Source of the DNA: Saccostrea cucullata
Taxonomy: Eukaryota
Assembly (NCBI RefSeq): GCF_032062105.1
Contig: NW_026927584.1
Coordinates: 124,001 to 188,000 of the forward strand
Direction of reading: 5' to 3'
Length of the DNA stretch: 64,000 nt
Below the pieces are notes generated by a model. The model was given only the letters and a program-made list of their open reading frames with translations. It did not search any database and was not told the origin of the DNA. Position numbers and translations under genes: made by a program. This document shows positions 1 to 11,982 of the stretch, one piece after another (within the stretch, counting starts at the first letter, position 1; every line of letters starts with the position of its first letter).

Positions 1-379
1 GTGCTGTGGGCCGAGGATCGTTTAACTTATTCATTTGATACATTTGGGGGGGTCTTAAATCAATTTATTTGTATGAAACATCTAAGTTGTTTCCAATTTA
101 ACTGAAAAATGAAACGGCTCGGTTGCAGCGTGTGACTTGGATACACATAAATGTTCATATTCATGAACGTGCCTTGTGTAGTTCCAGACATGCAAATCAT
201 ATACGTTCCTTATTTTTATATTCAAAGAATATAAAAGTTAAGAACCATTCAAAAATGAACTCAAAACCTACTACTATTTTGGATTTCGGTTCATTCAATG
301 GCCTGATAAAGAGGTAAAAGTAGCAACTACGATGCCACAAATTTCTTAGATCTAAAAAATTTTATTTTAGATGAAATAT

Positions 380-1320
380 ACTTGTCAAAATTTCTATGTC
401 CCCACTTTTATTTTTTCAAAAAGTTCAAAACCCTAATTTCAATGTACTAGCTGCTTATAATTTTGCCTTTAATTTGCAATACTTATCTTTCAAGGCCAAA
501 AAAATTGTAATCGAATTTATAATTACTCGACCGTGACCGTTTTTGTTAAAAACCATGAAGTTCGAGTTCCATTTGTTTTCCGGGTGTATTCTTAAATGTG
601 TTCTCCATCTTTAATTGATAAAAGTTTGATTAAATTGCGGTGTATGTCCATACAACAATTTGAAAGTGAAGTTGAAATGGCCCAAACTGTTTCCTTTCAG
701 ACTTTATTTTACTTAAAACCTTTATAATTACCACCCGAAAAACATACAAAGCATTCCTGAATTCCTTTTAATCATTAGTAATCGCTAGATTTTCAATAAA
801 CACAACCAAATCATCGTAGAGTTTATCCGGAAAAATCAATGGAACCGGAACCGGAAGTGCCCTCCCCAATGTCAGACTGGAGGAGTGGGTAATGCATGCA
901 ATGAGACATTATGTAACTATTGTCAGCAAGGCACAGGCACTTTTGGTAAGCCTACTTGTCATCTTAATCTCAACCCTAACTTACATGTATGGAAGAAGAT
1001 AGATAATAGTGTGAGACCGCTTTTCCAGCAGCAGAATCTAGCGGAACAAGAGGACGACCTAGTCTCCACATGGAAAAATATTGAATAAAAGAATTTTTCT
1101 TAAATAGTGTGAACTCTTTGAGGAACGGTTATCTTGCTGTGAATTCGTTTGAATGGAGGATAATGCAGTATTTAACGTTGTGAATTTTTAATTCAAGGGT
1201 GCCTTAACGTTTCTGCATATTGTGTTAAAGTGCTTCAATAAAATAAATTAAGTGAGAAAAATTGTTTTGCTACTTTTTCATCCTGTATACTTATTAAATT
1301 ATAGTGTTAAAATAATTCAA
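380..1320 (+). mobile_element. Decayed Tc1/mariner (IS630-like) DNA transposon remnant
   Basis: ORF 885-1088 contains 'KPTCHLNLNPNLHVWKKI', a degenerate version of the PxSPDLNPIExxW motif of DDE_3 transposases. A second copy near 35720-35775 reads KPPCHPDLNP..VWKKI with a frameshift. Both copies end ...ATCCTG|TA (~1286, ~36009). The left boundary is uncertain. Confidence 0.45.
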
Positions 1321-1429
1321 TATAAGAGCGGTGTAAAGCAAAAACTTGCCCGGGGACTTAGAAATTTTGACTAGTATACATGAAGATCACGAACAATTCA
1401 AGTTTAATGTCCATCTAAACTATACAAAT

Positions 1430-1900
1430 CGGTAAGCAAACACAGACCTCCAAATAATACTTAGGGTGAGATCAGCTCCCATGAAGGAGTGAGCATCCCC
1501 TACCGACCCCTCACACCCGTTATGTACATTCCGCCATGATCATGGAAACGGGAATGCCGTAGGCAATTCAGTGTGTAAGTAATGGCCTAACAATACGTGT
1601 TAAAATTATCAGTCTTTTGACTTAATGACAGATTGTATTTGCTGACAAGACCATTGCATCAAGAATTACTAGTAACCTTGAGAAACGATGACTTCAAAAT
1701 ATACCTTTTGGGGTCATATTTTTACAGGCTTCTATACAAAGTCATGGACTTAATTTGACTACGGAATGTTCCGTCTACCTGATCAATATATAGGCCTAAT
1801 GGTGACCCGACAAAAGGGATGCTTACTTCTTCTAGGTAGCTGATCCCACCTCTTAATTTTTTAGATCCGTGCTTTGTGCCTTGTTCACAGATTTGTATTG
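1430..1900. repeat. Two fragments (opposite orientations) of an interspersed retroelement-derived repeat
   Basis: The motif 'agg(g)tgagatcag..ggagtgagcatcccc..cgacc' occurs at ~1460-1510 (+), as its reverse complement at ~1805-1850, and again at 25230-25280. Confidence 0.5.
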
Positions 1901-2148
1901 CTTGTGATTCTTTTTAAATTGATCAATGTTCATAATCTTTATCATTTATGCATCACCTCCAACAATAGATTTACATGTAAATTGTAGGGTAAAATCCATG
2001 AACATGATACATTACAGAGAACAGTTTACTTCACACGTTATTGGAATACTAGTAGTTTGTAATCATACTTTCATTTTTGTTACACTTTATTATACATACA
2101 AGAGAGGACAAATAATTTAAAACCAGTCAAATAATTCAAATTCAATAT

Positions 2149-3533
2149 AAGAGGCCCATGGGCCTTATAGGTCACCTGAGCATCATGCAACAACTTTCAA
2201 ATCATTGAATTTGGTTCGTGTTTTAAGCTAGATGCTGTGGCATTCATAATTTTGAAAGAGGCACCATTGCTTATCATAACACTTAACAATTGTTTAGTTC
2301 GTTTACTTTATACCCATAAGCAGGGTAGGGGAACAAAAAATGCATTTCAAGTAATCAGTGATACTCATCAATCATCAGAAGTGCCCCTACCACACCTGAA
2401 CCCCTGACCCTAGGTCTATACATTGCACTATTTTTGAAAAGGCACACTTGCTTATCAAAAATGTTTGATTAATACCAAGGAGCAGATTTCAAATAATTCA
2501 TTTTCAGTATATAAGTAGACCCCCCTTTAGTATCTCTGACCCAGGGGCCTTGAAATTTACAATTCCGAAAGAAGAGCCCTTGCACATCATAACTATATAG
2601 GTAGTTCATCTGCTTATTACCCAGGAGTAGAGAAAAAGAGTTTCATAGATGCAATGTATTTTCACTTAATAAATCATTATAGAGCCCCACCCTAACACCA
2701 TAACCCCTGACCCTTGGGCCATAAAATTCACAATTTTGGCAGAAGCATTCTTGCTAATCATAACTATGTACTTAGTCAGTTTATTTAATACCTAGGAACA
2801 GAGAAGAAGATTTTCAAAGATATAATGCATTTTCACTATATAATCTTTATAGAGCCCCACCCTAACACCAGAACCCCTGACCCTGGGGCCATAAAATTCA
2901 CAATTTTGGAAGAGACACTCTTGCTCATCATAACTATTTACTTAGTTGGTTTATTTAATACCCAGAAGCAGAGAAGAAGATTTTCAAAGAATTAATGCAT
3001 TTTCACTATATAATCAATAAAGCCCCGCCCTAACACCAGCATCCCTGATCCTGGGGCCATAAAATTCAAAATTTTGACTCTTGCTCATCATAACTACGTA
3101 CTTAGTTTATTTAATACCTAGGAGCAGAGAAGAAGATTTTCAAAGAAATACTGCATTTTCACTATGTAATCAATATAGCCCCACCCTAGCACTAGAACCC
3201 CTGATCCTGGGGCCATGAATTTCACAATTTTGGTAGAGGACTCAATGCAGATTACAATCATACCAACAATTTGACTGCTTGATGTCCAGGAGTAAAGAAG
3301 AAGATTTTTAAAGATTGCACTAATTTTTGTGGTTTTGGCCCCACCCACCCCCCGGCCCCGAAATTCACAATTTTTTACCCCTTCACCCACAGATGCTATA
3401 TGCCAAAATTGGTTGAAATTGGTTCGACGGTTTCAGAGAAGAAGCTGAAAATGTTTGAGTGTTAATGCACGATGCACGACAACGGATGAAAACAGATAGC
3501 AATAGGTCACCTGAGTTTACTCAGGTGACCTAA
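2149..3533 (+). mobile_element. Helentron-associated (HINE-like) non-autonomous element with internal ~160-170 bp tandem repeats
   Basis: 5' 'aagaggcccatgggccttataggtcacctgag'. Repeat units begin 'agccccaccctaacacca' (~2683, 2853, 3021, 3177). A short acga/acgg tract follows, then a 3' hairpin 'ggtcacctgagtttactcaggtgacc-taa'. A related copy lies at 56085-57210. Confidence 0.7.
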
Positions 3534-4578
3534 TAAATGGGGGTATTTCAAAATACTTCATATATAGAAAAAATCACACTATACCATATGGAACATACCA
3601 TACTTACATATGTAAAATAACACTAAAACAATAAAAAGATTTAAAATACAATGCTGTCAACATAAATACATGTCTATGTGTAGAAGACATAGATGGAAGG
3701 GCATCAATCTGTAATATGATGAACTGGAATTTGAGAAGAAAAGGAAACAGTCTTTACAGGTAAAAGTTCTCCTACATACTAATTAGCATGCACTGTAGAG
3801 GCAGATAATACTAACTCCTATTTTATCTATAATATTTAATTTCAGACAGACTAAATATTACCAGATCTATTTGAATGTCATAGAGTAAAATTATTTTTAC
3901 TAAATTAACATGATTAACATTTTTAAAAATATATACATTTTTAAATTTCTGATTCACTCTACTTATGTTTCAGCTAATAATATTTCCCATGCATTAACAT
4001 GATTAAAAAATTTAAAATGAAAAAAAAGCACTTGTTCTTGAAATCACCATAGCAACATCACTTTCTGACCTCGATTTTCTTTAAAATATCTAATGGATAT
4101 ATCAATGTTATCATTCCTCAAATAAAATAATCAAAATGAGTGAATCAAATTCTTATTAAATAATGCTGTAAGTATTATCAAAATTTACAGGCATTTACAA
4201 CGAGAGGACTCAAGTTTGAATTTTATCAAGCTGATTACATACATTGAAGTTGAGTTCACTGACAAATTATTCAAACAAAAACTAACATGTTTAAATTTTT
4301 GATAAATAAAAAGAAATGATTGAACAGAATATACTTGTACACTCTTTACCTTAAAACAGATGAAACATCTGTGAGAATATTTGACATCAACGTTTTGTTT
4401 TTTTTTTCGTAAGATGTATAAAAATTATTTGTCTAAAAAAAATAATTGCATTGTTGAAAAATCATTCATTGGCATGATATTATAAAAATAAGACTGAAAT
4501 ACATGTAAATGTATAAAGATAATTTCAAATTTTTATTATAAATAATACCACAGATAAAAACCTAGACTGTATACAGCC

Positions 4579-6488
4579 TCACTGTTGTTCTCGACTCCTT
4601 GACTTAACATCTGATACTTTAATATTTTGAGTGTTCTTTGCCCCTGTTTTAGCTGGATTAGGAGATGCCATTCCTTGAGAAGATTTAGATTTGTCATCCC
4701 CCTCCTTCATTTGCTTATTCCCTGTGCTTTCTTGAGGAGACTGAGTATTTTTGTCCCCTTCCCTAATCTGCTTATTCTCTGTCCGTTCTCGAGGAGATTG
4801 AGGATTGTTGTCCTCTTCCTTTACTTGCACAGCTTTCCCTGGATGTGTCCCAGGTTTTCCACTAGGATCATTACCTCTGTTTTCCTTCTTTTCCTGTCCC
4901 TTGTCCCTTTTACACTGAACAATTCCTCTGACTAAAACAGGTCCATTTTCATGTAAGTAAACTGTAGGCCACACAGTATAATCTACAGTAGGACCATTAA
5001 CTGTGAATTTTCTGTGGACAGCATTATCAAAAGCAGAACCTGGCTTTACTTCAAAGTTAAAATACAAAGGCGGGGTCTGTATACATGCCCTCCAAAATAA
5101 TGACAAACAACTGCATATAAATCTTTTGACATTTTCATCTTTAAATTCAAGCACACAAGGCTCCTTTTTTTCTTTCTGGTAATCCTACAAAAAAAATAAT
5201 AAACAGGAAGGACATGAAAAGCAATAAATAAGTAAAGTTAATCTTGAGGCAATTTCTGATTATTTCTTGTATTTAACTCAGACTTTATCTTCCTTGTGTG
5301 CAAAAATCAATGTAGAAATATTTAGAGACATAAATGATATTTTTTATAAGTACAACAGAAACAGAATGTTGTAAAATACATGTATCTGTACCTCTTCAAG
5401 AAGTTGCTGTTCTTTCTCTAAGAGTGAAGTCCTTAATTCTTTGATGTGTTTCAACACACCTTTAGGTAAATCATCTTTTCTTACTTTTCCCTTCATGATA
5501 TAAATTAATTTCATAATTTGAGTTAAGCAATGCTAATTTATTATTTTATATTTATCAAGTGAATTAAACAAATGTACTATGAGAGGCTCTTACTTGATTA
5601 GATAAACCAAGAACTTCCATGATCTTCTCAAACTGTTTTTCTTCCCTATTTTTACAAAAGTTTAAACAGCTCTGAAAATAAAATCAAAATTCTTAAACTT
5701 AACATTTAAAGTTAAGACATCATCAAGGACTCATCTTAAACTCACTTGGATATATGGTTTCAATATAGGAATGGATAATTCATTCATTTAATTGACAATA
5801 CATTGTCGATATATCTAAACATCAAGTTGAAAGCTACATTAAGTCTTTTCTTCTTTTTTCAAGCTTAAGATTTAGTACTGAATTTTTGCCTATAGTAGCC
5901 TAGGAACTTATTACCTCATTAAAATTGACCCTCCTCCCATACAACTTAGTCATGAATTCATAGCCAAACACAACCATCTGTTGTTGTTTTTTTTTTTTTT
6001 ACTTTTAAGCACCAGATCATGTTATTTTTTTTTTATTAATCTGCTAAAATATGAAAATGTATGCTTCATTAAGAAATGCATTGTCCAGGAAGGGAATATT
6101 AAGCATTTTCTATTTTAATTAGATGCCAATAATTGTGTAAGTGGCTTTATTACATGTTTTAGATATTCATGAAGTTGGCTTTCCAGTATATGAAATCATT
6201 GTTCCTATACTGACATCACAGTAATACTGAATTAAAAATAACTAAGTTATGGCAATGCAAATCATACACCTACTTATACGCACCTCAGCAGTATTTAAAA
6301 TTTTGATGTGAATTTCTTTGGTTTTTTCCTCTCCCTCTGTCTCCTTCAGTTTCATTAACACCTCTGTATATTCATTGTCATATATTTCTGAAAACACCTC
6401 TCCAAGGTTAATTGGACGATTGAGGTCACTTAAATCAGCAATCCCAGGATTGTTTTCGGTCATGCGTACACCTGCTACTTGACTTAAC
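4579..6488 (-). CDS. G1: MIEAP/SPATA18-like domain protein (5' end unresolved)
   Basis: GT-AG exons 6284-6488 (RLSQVAGVRMTENNPGIADLSDLNRPINLGEVFSEIYDNEY..), 5594-5671 (SCLNFCK..), 5392-5490 and 4579-5184 (..CLSLFWRACIQTPPLY..GPTVDYTVWPTVYLHENGPVLVRGIVQ + tail). These splice in frame with no stops. Confidence 0.8.
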
Positions 6489-7487
6489 CTGAAATAATAC
6501 ATATAACTATAAACAAATGAATTGTTTTATACATGTATTTATGTTTGAATGGGATAAAATATCTGCATTAAACAAGTTTAAGGTATTCTTGGAAAAAAAA
6601 ACTGTGTATCTCTCATATAACATGACAGGTTAATCTTGATACAATTTTTTATTCATCAACTTTCATAAAAGTACATGTAGTGTGTTTATATAATATGCTA
6701 AGCATGTTTTTAAGTTGTCAACAAATCCTGTGTAAAATTGAAGAAAAACAGAAAGAAACTAATTGTAAATCATCTGAGGTGAATCAAAATTTGTATGTAC
6801 CAGGTTGGGGGGAAACGTAAATTCCGCTATAATAGTGGTATCTCACTATTATAGTGAAATTACACTATATTTCCTGCCGTAGACACCCTCAATTTCATCC
6901 GATACCATGCAAGGGGTTTGAACTGCAAGCCATGGTGGGTATTAAAATGATCAAAAACTGTCATGCTTGCATGTTTTGAATTTTAATAAATGTTCTACCG
7001 TTGCGTTTAATAATGCGAGCACTCTTTTTTTAACGGAAGTTGCATTTTTAACATAGCAACCAATGATTACAGGGTATTTAAGCCTGTTTGAATCTCATTT
7101 ATTCCTCATAAAAAGTCACGAATTGATGCTCGTTACAATTGTCAATCAGACTGGAAAGGGTTTATGGAATTAAACAAGAAAAAGGCTATTTCTGTCTGCA
7201 TGGAGGCCCGCTATGGTAAACGTAAAGACCCATTATTATCGGTCGCCGCTGCTGTGGCTGATCTTCCTGTGGTTGTGTTAGATAGTGCACATATGGGAAA
7301 TGAGAAGTTATTTTTGTAATAGTTCAGTAAAATAATTCTTCATTAATAACATGTAGAAAATCAAAAGTAAAATTTGCTTTAAACTTAATATTAATTGTTG
7401 TTATAATGTTTCAATATCATTGTCATTTCTCATCAAGATATTTGATAATTTTGACTATATAAAAAGAGTTTACAAAAGGTGCTATAT

Positions 7488-8555
7488 TACGATGGTATAT
7501 TTAGGACACGCAATTATTTTTTTTTAAATACCAAAAAAAAATTATCTTGTGAAAACGACATATTTATCTTGTGAAAACGAGATATTATCTTGTGAAAACG
7601 ACTTATTATCTTGTGAAAGCGAGATCTTATCTTGTGAAAACGACATATTATCTTGTGAAAACGACATATTATCTTGTGAAAACGAGATATTATCTTGTGA
7701 AAACGACATATTGTCTTGTGAAAATGACTTACTATCTTGTGAAAACGAGATATTATCTTGTGAAAACGACATATTATCTAATGAAAACGAGAAATTATCT
7801 TGTGAAAACGACTTATTATCTTGTGAAAACGACATATTATCCTGTGAAAACGACATATCATCTTGTGAAAACGAGATATTATCTTGTGAAAACGACATAT
7901 TATCTTGTGAAAACGACTTATTATCTTGTGAAAACGACTTATTATCTTGTGAAAACGACATAATTTCTTGTGAAAACGAGATATTATCTTGTGAAAACGA
8001 GATATTATCTTGTTAAGATAATATGTCGAGAAATCTCGTTTTTAAAATCTCGTTTTCACAAGAAATATCTCGTTTTTACAAGATATTATCTTATTAAGAT
8101 AATATGTCGTTTTCACAAGATAATATCTCGTTTTCACAAGATAAAATCTCGTTTTCACAAGATAATATCTCGTTTTTACAAGATAATTTCTCATTTTCAT
8201 AAGATAATATGTCGTTTTCACAAGATGATATCTCGTTTTCACAAGATAATAAGTCGTTTTCACAAGATAATATCTCGTTTTCACAAGATAATAAGTCGTT
8301 TTCACAAGATAATATCTCGTTTTCACAATATAATATGTCGTTTTCACTAGATAATATCTCGTTTTCACAAGATAATAAGTCGTTTTCACAAGATAATATG
8401 TCGTTTTCACTAGATAATATGTCGTTTTCACAAGATATAATCTCGTTTTCACAAGATAATATCTCGTTTTCACAAGGTAATTATGTCGTTTTCACAAGAT
8501 AATTTTTTCTGGTATTTAAAAAAAAAAAATTGCGTGTCCTAAATATACCACCGTA
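7488..8555. mobile_element. IS3EU-like foldback element made of inverted arrays of a 21-bp repeat
   Basis: TIRs 'tacgatggtatatttaggacacgcaat' / 'attgcgtgtcctaaatataccaccgta'. 6-bp TSD CTATAT at 7482-7487 and 8556-8561. About 20 copies of ttatcttgtgaaaacgac/gata per arm, in opposite orientations. TAY..RTA termini with a 6-bp TSD are characteristic of IS3EU. Confidence 0.75.
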
Positions 8556-9860
8556 CTATATAGATATAAAAGGAAATTATGATTTTCCGGATAGTAATGA
8601 CGTGGTTCATAGTGCATGGTTAAAAAAATTGAAAAACTCTTCAACTAGTAAAAATTGTTTTGAATATGTTACAGCTGCGAATGATACAAGGATACTTTTG
8701 TTTCTACAATTTGCAAAGCGCCTTGCAGCATAGCCTATTCTGCAGAAACCAAGGGCATTATCATGTGATAAAGATCCAGGGTATCTGCACGTGGTTCGGT
8801 CTTTTTAAGTTTTGACTGTCTTCAAAGCAATATAAATAAATAATTGAAAAAAATAAGTAAATAGAGATTTTAATGCATTTGCTCATCAGATGGACTCATC
8901 GGTGTAATAAAGTCAATGATGAATAATATTAAGAATTTATTGAAGATGAAAATATACGCTTCTAAAGATTCTAGTTCAATTTTGAATATCTTGTGCTTCC
9001 ATTGCACGGATATACTTTCCAAATTGTGAAAGCACTTTTTTTTAAACAAATGCTAAATTGTTTGCGACCGATTTGATGCTTTGCAACAATTTTTAATTGC
9101 TGAAAATTTGAATCTAGTCTGATATTTTAGACATTTTTTGCTGAATATTGAGCAGTGGCGATTGGTTATTTGATGTTTCCTTGTGGTTTAAACAACAACA
9201 CTTTGGTATAAATCTAGAAGTCTGAAAAATTGATACTTTTAATGCGATTTTTTGTGATAAACTTTCATTTCATATGAATATAATTAGATTTATATATCTT
9301 TCGAATAACAAGAAAAAAACCTAAAGCTATTACTCTCAGATTTTAAAGTTAAATCGTTCTTGCCTGAGTGCATAAACATAAAGCGTTAATAAATAAGATG
9401 CGTTTGTGCGGAGTTGAAATGATTGTCAATTAATAATTATTTGAACATGTGTTAAAATAAGGATACAGGCACGCTTGTAAAATATTCCCGACACCAAAGT
9501 AAATTGAGCCTTTTTTTCTGAAATAAACAATTAACCAGCCGAAATCAAAAATTAGGTATGTTTTCTACGATCGTTTTTATCAGTAATTTTTGGATTATTT
9601 ATTATAAATTAATTTTGTTCAGAGGATATAATCGAGTTTATCAATATACTCTTTTTTATGTTTGCCATATTGCATCTTTACATTTACCATAATGGGCCTC
9701 CATACCCATAACCATGCAGACAGAAATAGCCTTTTTCTTGTTTAATTCCATAAACCCTTTCCAGTCCGAGTTGACAATTGTAACAAGCATCAATTTGTGC
9801 ACTTTAATGAGGAATAAATGAGATTTAAACAGGCTTAAATACCCTGTAATATCGGTTGCT

Positions 9861-10737
9861 TAAATACTCCTGGTTTGTACTTATCAAAAACCATTCTATT
9901 TTTGTATCTTTGTGTAGCTACTTGTGTAAAAATGACCAAAACTGTAGAAGAAGTAGTGTTTTAAAGGAATTTCACTTCCATCACCGAAATCAAAAACCGA
10001 TGCACTATTCTATGTATCTTAGTGTAGTCTACTTGTGTGCCAAGTTATATTGAAATCAGACCAAAACTGTAGAAGCAGTAGCGTTTTTAAGGAATTTCAC
10101 AGAAAATTCTATTTTTAGTAACATGGCAACACCGTTCATCGAAATCAAAAAACCGATGCACTATTCTATGTATCTTAGTGTAGTCTACTTGTGTGCCAAG
10201 TTATATTGAAATCAGACAAAAACTGTAGAAGTGAGATAGCGTTTTAAAGGAATTTCACAGAAAATTCTATTTTTAGTAACCATGGCAACACCGTTCATCA
10301 AAATCAAAAACCGATGCACTATTCAATGTATCTTAGTGTAGTCTACTTGTGTGCCAAGTTATATTGAAATCAGACAAAAACTAGAAGGTGTAGCGTTTTA
10401 AAGGAATTTGAAAATTCTATTTTTAGTAACCATGGCAACACCGTTCATTGAAATCAAAAATCGATGCACTATTCTATGTATCTTAGTGTAGTCTACTTTT
10501 GTGCCAAGTTATATTGAAATCAGACCAAAACTGTAGAAGGAGTAGCGTTTTAAAGGAATTTCACAGAAAATTCTATTTTTAGTAACCATGGCAACACCGT
10601 TCATCGAAATCAAAAAAACTATTCTATGTATCTTAGTGTAGTCTACTTGTGTGCCAAAACTAAAATTGTAGGAGGAGTAGAGTTTTGAAAAATATTTTGA
10701 GGACAAAAAATGTTTAAGTTGGGTTCTGACCAGTAGA
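9861..10737. repeat. Insertion carrying a ~150-158 bp tandem satellite (~5 units), interrupting the right TIR of the 6801-10989 element
   Basis: The unit marker 'ctattctatgtatcttagtgtagtctactt' occurs at 10005, 10161, 10319, 10469 and 10619. TIR homology stops at ~9860 and resumes at ~10738. Confidence 0.75.
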
Positions 10738-11010
10738 GTTAAAAATGCAACTTCCATTAAAAAAAGAGTGCTCGCATTATTAAACGCAACAGTAGCAAAT
10801 TTATTAAAATTCAAAACATGCAAGCATGACAGTTTTTGATCATTTTAATACCCACCATGGCTTGCAGTTCAAACCCCTTGCATGGTATCGGATAAAATTG
10901 AGGGTATCTACGGCAGGAGATATAGCGTAATTTCACTATAATAGTGAGATACTACTATTATAGTGGAATTTACGTTTCCCCCCAACCTGTGTACATGAAT
11001 ATTCTATCAA

Positions 11011-11015
<5 letters not shown>

Positions 11016-11057
<42 letters not shown>
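11016..11057. repeat. (CT)n microsatellite
   Basis: Read directly. Another (CT)n lies at ~11952-11978. Confidence 0.95.
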
Positions 11058-11061
<4 letters not shown>

Positions 11062-11947
11062 GTTCTCTTCTTCAAGTGTGCTGATTCTGTCTATAAGTTT
11101 CTGAATATTTTTCTACAAAAAACATATTCAAAGTTAATGTAAAATCACATATTTTGAGGTCAAAAAATGTTTCAGTTGGGTTTAAGAAAAAGTATTGTTT
11201 ATCGGGAATTATAATCTATAACGCTAATAGACTAACGTGTTGAACAGAGGAAATTCGGATTGAAATCTGTACATTGTCAGCCTTGCAACATTGATTCCTG
11301 CACTACCCAATGTCCTTTGCGCGAATAAATCAAAAATAGTAAAAAAAATCAAAGGAACATTGTTTCTTACCGAAATCTTAACGAAATGATTTTGCCTTAC
11401 CTTATTCAAAAAAATACCCCCATGCCACAACACCGGCCTTCATGCCCTTCGGAAATGATACAAATGACGTCAGAAACTTACGAATTTTGACGAAGGTCTC
11501 GGAAAACATGTTCTGCATAGCAACATGGTGGCTAAAACTAGCAACAACTTACTTCGATTTAATGCAATCTCTTTTCCATAAAACTAGCGTCTTGCGTCCT
11601 AAGTCAATCTTCTGAGCCAGAACTTTTTATCTGACGTCGTACTTTCGTCACTTCAACGGTTCGGGTATTTCCATCTTTGTCGGAAACTTCTACAGAAGTT
11701 TGTCAGCTCTAGATGCTTGGGAAATGATTTCTTTTTATTGTTTTGTTTTATTCTTTTTGCTTTAAGATGATATGATAGACAGTACATGTGTAGGTTTATG
11801 ATAGTAAATAAACTGCGCTCGCCCCAACGGTCACACCGTAAAACATATTAATTAAGTTGAATTGAACTTTGTGGAGGACATGATTTCATAAGTCTCTTCA
11901 TACCTCGAAGCCAACAAAAATGAAACTCAAACAAAAGTAATTTTACA

Positions 11948-11982
<35 letters not shown>

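Larger units (their letters stand above)
6801..10989. mobile_element. Non-autonomous DNA transposon with ~430-bp TIRs, CAGG..CCTG termini and a 5-bp TSD (hAT5-like signature)
   Basis: 6801-7050 is the reverse complement of 10738-10989, and ~7051-7228 matches ~9675-9860. The element is flanked by TGTAC on both sides. Confidence 0.8.

Noticed and set aside
380-1320. Shared sequence downstream of G1 and G5 as a marker of a segmental duplication
   Set aside because: G1 and G5 are distant paralogues while this repeat is well conserved, so independent transposon insertions (or misassembly) are more parsimonious.
3118-3390. 90-aa ORF and similar short ORFs in 10509-10823, 54656-54883 and 62538-63998
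   Set aside because: They lie within satellite-bearing non-autonomous repeats and show no protein features.
4627-4935. Plus-strand ORFs antisense to MIEAP-like exons (also 14596-14976, 42730-43095, 49622-49858)
   Set aside because: Shadow ORFs opposite real coding exons, with no independent splice or motif support.
7542-8502. Six overlapping repetitive ORFs (SCENDIL, SFSQDN, VKTTYYL) and a CRISPR-like look
   Set aside because: These are by-products of a 21-bp tandem repeat inside a TIR/TSD-bounded foldback element. There are no unique spacers or cas genes, and the context is eukaryotic.
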